The position numbers were made by a program, and so were the translations under genes. Below are positions 40,043 through 48,285 of a stretch of 53,291 nucleotides of DNA, piece after piece. Origin of the DNA: an uncultured Rickettsiales bacterium (GTDB taxonomy: Bacteria > Pseudomonadota > Alphaproteobacteria > Rickettsiales > UBA8987); the NCBI GenBank assembly GCA_964352365.1, contig CAYGRX010000001.1, positions 1 through 53,291 on the forward strand, read 5' to 3'. Under the pieces are notes generated by a model. The model was not told the DNA's origin, did no database searches, and saw only the letters and a list, made by a program, of their open reading frames with translations. Position 1 is the stretch's first letter. The number at the start of each line of letters is the position of its first letter.

Positions 40043-40519
40043 TTAGTTTATAGATTCCTTATTAATAATTTTTCCATTTAAACTTAATAAGCCACGTTTT
40101 TCTTTTGCTAATTCCCTAGCTTTCTCTGAATATTCCTTGAAAACTTTTGGCTCCCATATTTCAAAAGTTTTTCCCTTTCCTACAAACACAGCCTGATCTT
40201 TCAGGTTAGCTTGAGACTTTAGTTTTTCGTTTAATGTAACTCTACCATCCTTATCAAAGTTAAGTTGCTCCGCGCCACCAAGTATGCTTGTTGCAAACGC
40301 ATCCCTATCTTCGCTGTAGGGGTCCATATTGTCTATTGCTTCAGTGAGCTGTTCTATACGCGAAATTCCGCAGGCTTCTATGCAAGGGTGAACAAACGAT
40401 GGATATGCAACAATGCCAGAAAAATCCTCTTTGCCAAGCGTCGCTCTGAAGCTGGAGGGTACAGAAACCCTGCCTTTGCTATCTATTTTATTCGTATATG
40501 TAGATATAAAAAATGACAT
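40043..40519 (-). CDS. mraZ: transcriptional regulator MraZ
   Basis: Two SpoVT/AbrB-like repeats with DSKGRVSVP and DKDGRVTL motifs. Confidence 0.9.
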   Translation of the reverse strand: MSFFISTYTNKIDSKGRVSVPSSFRATLGKEDFSGIVAYPSFVHPCIEACGISRIEQLTEAIDNMDPYSEDRDAFATSILGGAEQLNFDKDGRVTLNEKLKSQANLKDQAVFVGKGKTFEIWEPKVFKEYSEKARELAKEKRGLLSLNGKIINKESIN

Positions 40520-40549
40520 TAATCACAAGTTTCAACTTAAAAAATATTA

Positions 40550-40619
40550 TTTGGATCTTTATGGGATCTTATGGGATAATACTGATTTATATGGATATAA
40601 CAAGGATAAAATGGTTGTT
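40550..40619. promoter_or_regulatory. 10-nt phased TATGGRAT repeats upstream of mraZ (candidate MraZ operator)
   Basis: TTTGGATCTT/TATGGGATCT/TATGGGATAA/TACTGATTTA/TATGGATATA/ACAAGGATAA/AATGGTTGTT, 31-100 nt upstream of the mraZ ATG. The core ATGGG-N5-ATGGG resembles the TGGGN-type MraZ boxes. Confidence 0.45.
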
Positions 40620-40701
40620 GGAAGCTAAAAAGGCAAAAAAAATCGCACGCAAAATTATTTCTAATTCAGGTGCGATTTCTTAATTAGGTATTATGTAGGG
40701 T

Positions 40702-41109
40702 TTAATATTTTAAAGTTAGATTAAAACTTAAACCTTTAGTTTTTCTATCAAAACCCATATCAAAAAAAGTTTGATCTACTATTGTTTTTTGTTCATTGTC
40801 TGATTTAAATAACAAAGTTTCAGCATATAAACGCTTTTTTTCTCGTTTAAAGGCAACGTAATAGTTGTCTTCTTCAACTTGACTGTTAGCGTTTAGGTCG
40901 GCCGCTTCTGTTATGGTTGAAGGCTTAATAATAACGCCACCATATTCCCTAACTTTTTTGTTATCTAACTTACTTGGTATGAAAGACTGAACACCTTGTG
41001 AAGTTCTAAGTTCACTATAAGATTGTCTATTCATATAATCCACACCGCTACAAGAAACACATAATGCTCCTATGGTAAATGTAAGTAATATGTTAAAAAA
41101 TTTCTTCAT
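40702..41109 (-). CDS. lipoprotein, unknown function
   Basis: Leader MKKFFNILLTFTIGALCVSCSG with a lipobox Cys. Confidence 0.55.
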   Translation of the reverse strand: MKKFFNILLTFTIGALCVSCSGVDYMNRQSYSELRTSQGVQSFIPSKLDNKKVREYGGVIIKPSTITEAADLNANSQVEEDNYYVAFKREKKRLYAETLLFKSDNEQKTIVDQTFFDMGFDRKTKGLSFNLTLKY

Positions 41110-41309
41110 AAATTAGTTAAAATTATATTAATTTATAGTTACTATAACATAAAAATACGCAAAAGTCACGCTCAACCGTAAAAAACCCCATATTTATTAC
41201 AATCATTGATTGTATGTATTATTTAATATCTCTGCTTGATTATAGTAAAGTTTTTTGCTAATTACTGCTTCGAAGTTATTTATTATTGATAATAACTAGC
41301 AATTGTAAC

Positions 41310-41399
41310 GGATGAGTGGCAGAGCGGTTGAATGCACCAGTCTTGAAAACTGACGTACGTGCAAGCGTACCGGGGGTTCGAATCCCTCCTCATCCGCCA
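41310..41399 (+). tRNA. tRNA-Ser (UGA), class II with long variable arm
   Basis: GGATGAGTGGCAGAGCGGTTGAATGCACCAGTCTTGAAAACTG...GGGGGTTCGAATCCCTCCTCATCCGCCA. Confidence 0.9.
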
Positions 41400-41553
41400 T
41401 TTTATGGTTCACCGCAGTCCACTAAAGTCCACAAACCCCAGTTACAAAGCCAATCTTAAGTCCACTGAAGTATATTAACGTTCATTGACATCCTGACAAA
41501 TTGGGGGTATAAATGGGGGTGTAATTTTAACCCCCTTTGGAATAGACCCCCAA

Positions 41554-42732
41554 ATGAAGTTAACTGATAAAAAAATTAAGTCACTAAAGCCAAAAGAAAA
41601 ACAATATAAGGAATCTGACGGCAAAGGCTTATATTTACTAGTTCACCCTAACAATTCTAAATACTGGAAGCTTAAATATCGCATTAATGGCAAAGAGAAG
41701 ACTCTATCAATAGGTGTTTACCCTGATGTATCGCTTGCCGAAGCTAGAGATAAAACAAATGATGCTAAGAAAAAGCTAGCTGAAGGCATTGACCCCTCTC
41801 AAGAAAAACAACTTAAGAAACTAATTGCCCAAACTAATAGTGAAGATAGTTTTGAGGCTATAGCTCGAGAGTGGCATGATAATAAGAAGCATGAATGGAC
41901 TGAGCGTCATGCTGTATATGTAATTAGAAGGTTGGAAGCTGATATTTTTCCTAATCTAGGTTCTAGAGCGATTAAAGATATTACTGCTCCAGAGTTATTA
42001 GCAGTTCTTAGGCTTGTTGAGAAGCGTGGAGCTGTAGATATCGCAAAAAGGTTACTTCAAACTTCTGGTCAGATATTCAGATATGGAGTTTCAACGGGTA
42101 AAACTGATAGAGATATCACCCCAGACTTAAAAGGAGCATTAAAAACTCGCAAGAAAGATAATTATTCTCACCTTAAAGAAGATGAGTTGCCAGATTTCTT
42201 AAAAGCCTTGGAAAGTTATGATGGTGATTATCAAACAAAGCTAGGTTTTAAGTTGTTAATTTTAACTATGGTTAGAACAATTGAGTTAAGGGGTGCAAAG
42301 TGGTCAGAAATAAACTTTGAAGATAAAATCTGGAAAATTCCTGCTGATAGAATGAAAATGAGCCGTGAGCATTGGGTTCCATTAACTAAACAATCCTTGG
42401 AGATATTAGAGGAGTTGCAAAAAATTAACGGTGATTATGAGCATGTTTTTCCTAATCGCAATAAACCTAGAACTTATATAAGTAATAATACTCTATTATA
42501 TGCACTCTATAGGCTTGGTTATCATAGTAGGGCAACTGTTCATGGTTTTCGAGCTACAGCTTCTACAATTCTTAATGAAAAAGGATTTAATCGAGATTAT
42601 ATTGAAACTCAGCTAGCCCATGCTGAAAGTAACGGCTCAAGAGCAAGTTATAATCATGCTCAATATTTAGAGCCAAGAAGAGAAATGCTTCAATGGTGGG
42701 CTGATTTTATAGATGATAAAAGAGGTGAGTGA
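41554..42732 (+). CDS. tyrosine integrase, P4/CP4-57 type (DUF4102 N-terminal arm-binding domain)
   Basis: KLTDKKIKSLKPKEKQYKESDGKGLYLLVHPNNSKYWKLKYRINGKEKTLSIGVYP; catalytic HGFRATAST and the terminal Tyr region SYNHAQY. Confidence 0.9.
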   Translation: MKLTDKKIKSLKPKEKQYKESDGKGLYLLVHPNNSKYWKLKYRINGKEKTLSIGVYPDVSLAEARDKTNDAKKKLAEGIDPSQEKQLKKLIAQTNSEDSFEAIAREWHDNKKHEWTERHAVYVIRRLEADIFPNLGSRAIKDITAPELLAVLRLVEKRGAVDIAKRLLQTSGQIFRYGVSTGKTDRDITPDLKGALKTRKKDNYSHLKEDELPDFLKALESYDGDYQTKLGFKLLILTMVRTIELRGAKWSEINFEDKIWKIPADRMKMSREHWVPLTKQSLEILEELQKINGDYEHVFPNRNKPRTYISNNTLLYALYRLGYHSRATVHGFRATASTILNEKGFNRDYIETQLAHAESNGSRASYNHAQYLEPRREMLQWWADFIDDKRGE

Positions 42733-42741
42733 TAGCTACTT

Positions 42742-43629
42742 ATGGAAGAAAAAGATTTATATAGCGACGGTTTTGCAGAAGCTAATTTAGATTTCTGGAT
42801 AAGTGCGGCAAGGTTCAGTAAGGATGAGGCTGTAGCTTTAAGCCTAGGAAAAGAACCAAAAATTGTAAATAAGACTAGTTTAGAAATTTATTTAGATAAC
42901 TTTGGTAATGCTCCCTTTATAGATGAATATAGAAAAATAACGGAACTAATTGAGAGAGCTTTTTATAATTCTGAGGATTTGAGTGCTAAAGATTTTTTTG
43001 ATTGGTGCATGAAAAATAGAAACTTAAATCTAAAATTTGATTTTTTGGAGATATTTAAAGATAAGTCTTTATATCAAGGTGCTTCAAGCGAGTTAGTAAA
43101 TTATAATAATCGATTTGATATGAGAGATGATAGAAACAATGAAAATAAAATAGGAAATGAAAATTCATTACAAAATAATATTTATATTACTAGCCCTAAT
43201 AACTCTAGAGATAGCGAGGAGAAAGACTCTGTTGTAAAAAAAATGAAGGAAGAGATTGAATCCTTGAAAAAAGAATTGTCTGAAGAAAGCTCAAATAAAA
43301 AACCTGTATACGACGTAAAGAGAATATTGTCAGATTTAGAATATATAGCCAAAGATAAAAAGAAAAGGAGTCATAGGTCTGATGAAGGCAATGCCCTTAT
43401 CATAAAAACTTATATAGAGAGGATAGTTTCTAATGAAGCGTTTAAAGATGCTAAAAAAGAAAAAGAGAAATTGCAAAAACTAGCAAGAGAAAATGGAATT
43501 GAATATACAGGTGAAATTAAGCACATAGTAAAAGAATATGTTCATGATTTTTTATTAGATTTCAAAGTGCAGATTGCCAAAAACTTATCAAAAAAAATGA
43601 GTAATAAAGGCAGTAATAAACAACTCTAA
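42742..43629 (+). CDS. island hypothetical protein with K/E-rich coiled-coil C-terminal half
   Basis: Long ORF following int after a 9-nt gap. No family recognised. Confidence 0.5.
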   Translation: MEEKDLYSDGFAEANLDFWISAARFSKDEAVALSLGKEPKIVNKTSLEIYLDNFGNAPFIDEYRKITELIERAFYNSEDLSAKDFFDWCMKNRNLNLKFDFLEIFKDKSLYQGASSELVNYNNRFDMRDDRNNENKIGNENSLQNNIYITSPNNSRDSEEKDSVVKKMKEEIESLKKELSEESSNKKPVYDVKRILSDLEYIAKDKKKRSHRSDEGNALIIKTYIERIVSNEAFKDAKKEKEKLQKLARENGIEYTGEIKHIVKEYVHDFLLDFKVQIAKNLSKKMSNKGSNKQL

Positions 43630-43759
43630 TGAAATTTACTAAAAACATCAAAATATCAATATCTTAAAAGGGTGGTTATAAAGTCTTAAAAACTTTATTA
43701 CCCTGTTTTTGACTACCTAAAATTTTATTTTTCTTCTTATCGAAGGCAATGAAGCTTTC

Positions 43760-43990
43760 GTGAAAAAGGAGAAAATTATGAAAGGTAATTTTTTATATAA
43801 TAAAAACTGTCTTCTCAGTTTAAAAGAAGTCTTAAAGATGCTCGGTGGGGTGTCAAAATCTTACTATTATCAAAGAATTAAAACTCACGATTACCCAAAG
43901 CCTATAAAAATAGGCAGAAGGTCATTTTGGCTTGCTCAAGATATTATATCTTTAATTGAGCGGTTATCCGAAGAAGGCAGAAAAAAGTAG
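43760..43990 (+). CDS. AlpA-family phage/island regulatory protein (excisionase-like HTH)
   Basis: LSLKEVLKMLGGVSKSYYYQRIKTHDYPKPIKIGRRSFWLAQDI matches the AlpA/Vis MerR-like HTH pattern. Confidence 0.75.
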   Translation: MKKEKIMKGNFLYNKNCLLSLKEVLKMLGGVSKSYYYQRIKTHDYPKPIKIGRRSFWLAQDIISLIERLSEEGRKK

Positions 43991-44054
43991 TAACTTATCA
44001 AAAGTGCTACGTGACCTTTACCAGTGCGTAGCACCAACCTAAAAGGAAAAAATT

Positions 44055-45377
44055 ATGAATATCAAATATGATTACCAAAAATATAAAGAAATTTATGCAA
44101 GCGATTCTAAGCCCGACTTATTAAGTAAAATGAGATGTTTAAAGTTACCTGACAACTTCTTGTTAGGCATTCCAGTCTTTGATGCGGTTAGAGAATATTC
44201 AAAAGAGGTAGAAATAGACTTTGAAATTGGTTTTAATTTAGCGCTTGCACTTAGTAGCAGTTTATATGCTGATAAATTTAAAATTGAAGTAAAGGAAGGC
44301 CATGTTGAGTATTTAGTTTTATGGTCAATATCCTTTGTAAATAGTGGTGGTGGTAAAACAGCGATATATAACAAAATTATTAACCCATACAAAAATTATC
44401 AGAGACAAACTAAAAATAGAATTATAGCTAACAATACTACCGCAGAAGCTTTAATAGATTTACTTTCTAAAAATAAAGAAAAAATTATTATATCAACTGA
44501 TGAGGGAATGAATTTTCTATCCAACATAGTAGGGGGTAAATATAGTAGTGGCTCTGCTAATGACGCAGATATTAATAACTTTTTTAATGGAGGTTCAGTT
44601 GCAATTGATAGAAAGGGGCAAGAAGAAACAACCTTTATACAAGAGGGTTTGTTGATACTAGCTATAATGGTTCAAACTAGAGTATTTGATAAAATGAAGA
44701 ATAAGAATCACTATATGGATGGTGGCTTAGGTGCAAGAGTTTTAAATTATATAGGAGGCGAAAAAAAGTTAAAAAAATTTGACTATTATATACCAGATAA
44801 AAGTGTAGTTCAGAAATATGAACAGTTCGTTTTTGATAAATTATCAGAAGAGGTTGTTCAAAATGATTTAGGTGAAAGGGAATATAAATTAATTAAATTT
44901 TCATCCAAGGTTTCTGAGTTAGCTAAAAGTTATAGAAAGGAAATTAATAAACTATCTATAGATGAAAATGACTATGTTGCAGAATATTCTAGTAAGTTAG
45001 AGGTTAATTTTTATAGAATAATTGGTGTTTTGCACTGCCTTAAGAATTCTGGAAATGAACTTTCTGAAATTTGTGAAGATACTGTTGAGGAGGCAAAAAT
45101 CATTATCGATTATTACATAAACTCTTTTTATAATTTCATTTCACTGTCGGCACTTAATTATGAAGATGAAAGAGCAAAAAATCTCTTTAGTTTTTTAAGG
45201 GGTGGTTATCTTGAATTCTATTATAGTGAAATTTGGCAAAATAAGAAAGATCATAAGGGGTATTATAATAAGTCTGAAAAATTGAAAGAGATAATAAAGA
45301 TTTTAGAAGATAGGAAATATATAATAAGAGTGGATGCAAGACCTGAAAAGTATCGCATAAATTCAAACTTGGTTTAA
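44055..45377 (+). CDS. DUF3987-like (YfjI-like) island replication-associated protein, tentative
   Basis: Position after alpA as in P4-like elements; IIISTDEGMNFL acidic motif; no primase or helicase Walker motif seen. Confidence 0.45.
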   Translation: MNIKYDYQKYKEIYASDSKPDLLSKMRCLKLPDNFLLGIPVFDAVREYSKEVEIDFEIGFNLALALSSSLYADKFKIEVKEGHVEYLVLWSISFVNSGGGKTAIYNKIINPYKNYQRQTKNRIIANNTTAEALIDLLSKNKEKIIISTDEGMNFLSNIVGGKYSSGSANDADINNFFNGGSVAIDRKGQEETTFIQEGLLILAIMVQTRVFDKMKNKNHYMDGGLGARVLNYIGGEKKLKKFDYYIPDKSVVQKYEQFVFDKLSEEVVQNDLGEREYKLIKFSSKVSELAKSYRKEINKLSIDENDYVAEYSSKLEVNFYRIIGVLHCLKNSGNELSEICEDTVEEAKIIIDYYINSFYNFISLSALNYEDERAKNLFSFLRGGYLEFYYSEIWQNKKDHKGYYNKSEKLKEIIKILEDRKYIIRVDARPEKYRINSNLV

Positions 45378-45428
45378 ATTTACCCCTTTTACCCCTTTTC
45401 TCTTATGAGGGGGTTTAGGGGGTAAATT
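45377..45428. repeat. imperfect inverted repeat carrying the island GGGGGT motif (possible terminator)
   Basis: AATTTACCCCTTTTACCCC...GGGGGTTTAGGGGGTAAATT overlapping the final base of the DUF3987-like stop codon. Confidence 0.55.
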
Positions 45429-45667
45429 CCTGTAATAAAACATTTCTAGAATTGTTGGTATATTGATACAAAACCTCTACAACTTACTAAGTCTAATAAT
45501 ATCAGGACACTTCAGCAAAAAGAAAAGCTCTAAACCTATACTATAGCTACATTTACGGGTACAAGCCTCGTATAAAGCTAACAACTAATAAACCCTTGCC
45601 CCGCTTCGGAAAAGTTATGAATTAGGTTTGTATGAGGTTGTGAGGGGTTGAGTTTTGGTGATTAGGG

Positions 45668-46651
45668 TTATTTTTGTCTTTTAGGATTTTCATCTTTAGA
45701 GTTATATTCTGCTGCAAGCTTTTCAAAATAATTATCTTTAGATAATTCCGCCATATTAGAGCCCTCTCTTAAATACTCGTCCAAACCTTTTCTTGTGCTT
45801 GTATCGTGAGGCGCTTCTGTCAACTGATTGCCCCAGCTTGACATCTCGCTAAGAGCAACTCCTGTAGCCAGCTCTTTAAATTCGGGGTCATCACTTAAAT
45901 TCCTTATATTGCGCAGCTCTTCAGCTTCACTTGAGGTTAGAACGCCTATTCTTGCGAGAACCTCTATTCTACTAGCTTGACTCCCATCAAATACGGTGTT
46001 ACTTGGTACATTTTGTTCAGCAGGGTCATTTGACCCATCAATATAAATTATTTCCTCGATGAATCTTGAATCTGCAATAATATTACCGATTTCACTATAT
46101 CCTTCAACATCACTTAAAGTTCTTTCAATATCAGAGTTACTATAAGTAACAGTAAAGTCATTCCCATCTTTTTCATATTTTACTCTATAACCTGTTGAAT
46201 CTACATATGTAAACTTTTCAACATCAACCTCATCGTTCTGTCTTCGAGAAAATGTAGCTCTAGCCACTATTTCTCCATCAGCACTTTTTGGTATGTATTC
46301 TTTTACACCAGATTCCATTTCTTTGTGATTTAAATCTGCAACAGAATTATACTCATGTACACCCGAGTCAATTCCAGATGCAACCTTTTCAATCAGTGTA
46401 TTTAACTCATTTCGTTGCTGTTCATCAGAGATTATGCCTAAATGTTCAATTCTTAAAAGCCTATCATGGTAATCTACTACTGATTCTCCTTCTTGCCTCC
46501 GGGTAGTTTCTACAAACCCTTCATAGCTGGTACTATTATCACCTGGCATTTGCTGTAAAAGGTAGTGTTTTTGCCCCCTTTCAAAGAATTCTGATTGGTG
46601 AAAATTCAGGCTGTTAACTGATTTTTGTTTTTTATGAAACATCGCAAACAC
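45668..46651 (-). CDS. 327-aa acidic soluble protein, no recognisable family
   Basis: Long ORF with somewhat higher GC than the flanks, own upstream spacer of 171 nt. Confidence 0.5.
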   Translation of the reverse strand: MFAMFHKKQKSVNSLNFHQSEFFERGQKHYLLQQMPGDNSTSYEGFVETTRRQEGESVVDYHDRLLRIEHLGIISDEQQRNELNTLIEKVASGIDSGVHEYNSVADLNHKEMESGVKEYIPKSADGEIVARATFSRRQNDEVDVEKFTYVDSTGYRVKYEKDGNDFTVTYSNSDIERTLSDVEGYSEIGNIIADSRFIEEIIYIDGSNDPAEQNVPSNTVFDGSQASRIEVLARIGVLTSSEAEELRNIRNLSDDPEFKELATGVALSEMSSWGNQLTEAPHDTSTRKGLDEYLREGSNMAELSKDNYFEKLAAEYNSKDENPKRQK

Positions 46652-46822
46652 TACATTTATTTTTAATAATATAGTTCCGATTTTAACAGTTAAAGGTTAA
46701 TTTTTCGTTAACAAAGTTCAATTTTTTTCACTTTTTTATTTCGCTCTAAACTCTCAACCCTTCCGCCTGTTCCCGAAAGTTAAAACTTACCCCTCATTAA
46801 CGCTTACAGGGCTAATGTGAGG

Positions 46823-47242
46823 CTAATCTAGGTCAAAAGCGTCTAAAAGGTTTGGTTGGGTGAAGGCTAGACCTAGTTTTGATAGTAACTCTTCGTGATT
46901 ATCAAATGCATCAACTTCAATAATGGTAAGATTCTTATTTTGTCGTCTAATATATTTTAGTTTCTCGGTAATTTTCTCTTCGGTGTCTGCAACTAGGCTC
47001 AAGCTATCCAGTATAATAGTGTAGGGAGTATCTTTTTTAGTGATTAGATAATCTAACATCCAATCAAAGTTGGGGCGGTTATGTCTTTTGAGTTTATATT
47101 TATGGTCAAAGAAAGTTTTCTGAACAACTAATCCGTTACAAATTGCTGTCTCGAGGCAGGAAGTGTTTTGTCTTTCAAATACACTCCAGTAACTTCCGTG
47201 CATCTCCTTAGGCACGTTAATATAAATTACCGCCTGCCTCAA
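46823..47242 (-). CDS. 139-aa protein with degenerate serine-recombinase (resolvase) catalytic-domain-like layout, no HTH
   Basis: AVIYINVPKE (Pro at the nucleophile Ser position), RPNFDWMLDYL, IILDSLSLVAD, NLTIIE follow the resolvase N-domain order. Assignment is by eye. Confidence 0.4.
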   Translation of the reverse strand: MRQAVIYINVPKEMHGSYWSVFERQNTSCLETAICNGLVVQKTFFDHKYKLKRHNRPNFDWMLDYLITKKDTPYTIILDSLSLVADTEEKITEKLKYIRRQNKNLTIIEVDAFDNHEELLSKLGLAFTQPNLLDAFDLD

Positions 47243-47266
47243 ATATTCTCCTTAGCTAAATGTTAA

Positions 47267-47857
47267 CTATCTAATTTCTGCTTCAAAATATAAAGTTCCT
47301 GCCTTTCTATCAGCCCAACTAATTACATATTGAATATTTTGTGTGCCCATGTTCGTTTGAGCTATCGCATCACATACTCTACCAACAGAGTTACCACTTC
47401 TATCTTTTAGCAGTCCTCTATAGTTAGGTTTGATATTCTGAAGGTTACTAATTTTTGCAGCATTGCCTGAGAACGGAATATTAAATTGTATTCTTTTAAC
47501 ATTTTGAACCACATACTCATTATTGCATTCAGGTATTTCTTTGAAGGCTACGGGCTTGGATGCCTCCATTAAGTTTGGTAAAAGATGAAATGCTATTAGC
47601 GCAAATAAACTAACCCATGCCATCTTTTTAATTATGTAGCTTCTATATTCTGGGTAGGTTTTCTTTTTTCGAATATAAATTATTAATACAGCAGGTAGTA
47701 TTGCGAGGAAGGGAGCGAATATACAGGAGATTACAAATATAAAAGCTAGTATTTTATCAGCTTTATTAAGTTTACTGTCCTTCAGTATATTATATTTTGC
47801 TTTCTTAGGTTTTTTAGGTGGCAGGCTAGTTTCGTCATGTTTGTTATCTTCGGTCAT
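47267..47857 (-). CDS. 196-aa two-TM membrane protein with C-terminal soluble domain, unknown family
   Basis: Hydrophobic helices ILAFIFVISCIFAPFLAILPAVLIIYI and MAWVSLFALIAFHLLPNL; basic N-terminus. Confidence 0.5.
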   Translation of the reverse strand: MTEDNKHDETSLPPKKPKKAKYNILKDSKLNKADKILAFIFVISCIFAPFLAILPAVLIIYIRKKKTYPEYRSYIIKKMAWVSLFALIAFHLLPNLMEASKPVAFKEIPECNNEYVVQNVKRIQFNIPFSGNAAKISNLQNIKPNYRGLLKDRSGNSVGRVCDAIAQTNMGTQNIQYVISWADRKAGTLYFEAEIR

Positions 47858-48285
47858 TTTTTCAACTCCATTTTGTTATAAAAATAGACCACCAGTTAAG
47901 GTTAACTCAATTGGTGATCGGGGAGTTTACAAAATCCGTCTAATGAAAGATTCACAACAGTCTTTAAACGCAAGCGTTCTGAACATACACTGAAGTCTCC
48001 CCGACCAGAAGTCGAGAAGACAAGCATATTTGTTAACGATACAAGCTTGAAATTGCACCGCATTAGACTAAGAGGTTGTAAAGCCCCAGATTGGTTAAAA
48101 ACAAACCAACCCAAACACAGTGTAAAAAAATATACTAAACTTACAACAGAAAAGAATGAATTAAGGGGTTTATATGAGATATGTTTATAATCATAATCTT
48201 GTTAAGATATAAAAAACTATGTGATAACAACTTGTAAAAGCAGTTAGAAACTGTAATGTTGCAACCTCAAGTATAAGAGGTTTAT

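Noticed and set aside
40550-40619. CRISPR-like array
   Set aside because: The units are 10 nt with no spacers and no cas genes. The periodicity fits protein-binding boxes, not CRISPR repeats.
47902-48114. 70-codon minus-strand ORF in the island spacer
   Set aside because: It has a TTG start, no SD, and a Cys/Leu/Ser-rich composition. The region is treated as non-coding, possibly RNA, rather than as a gene.
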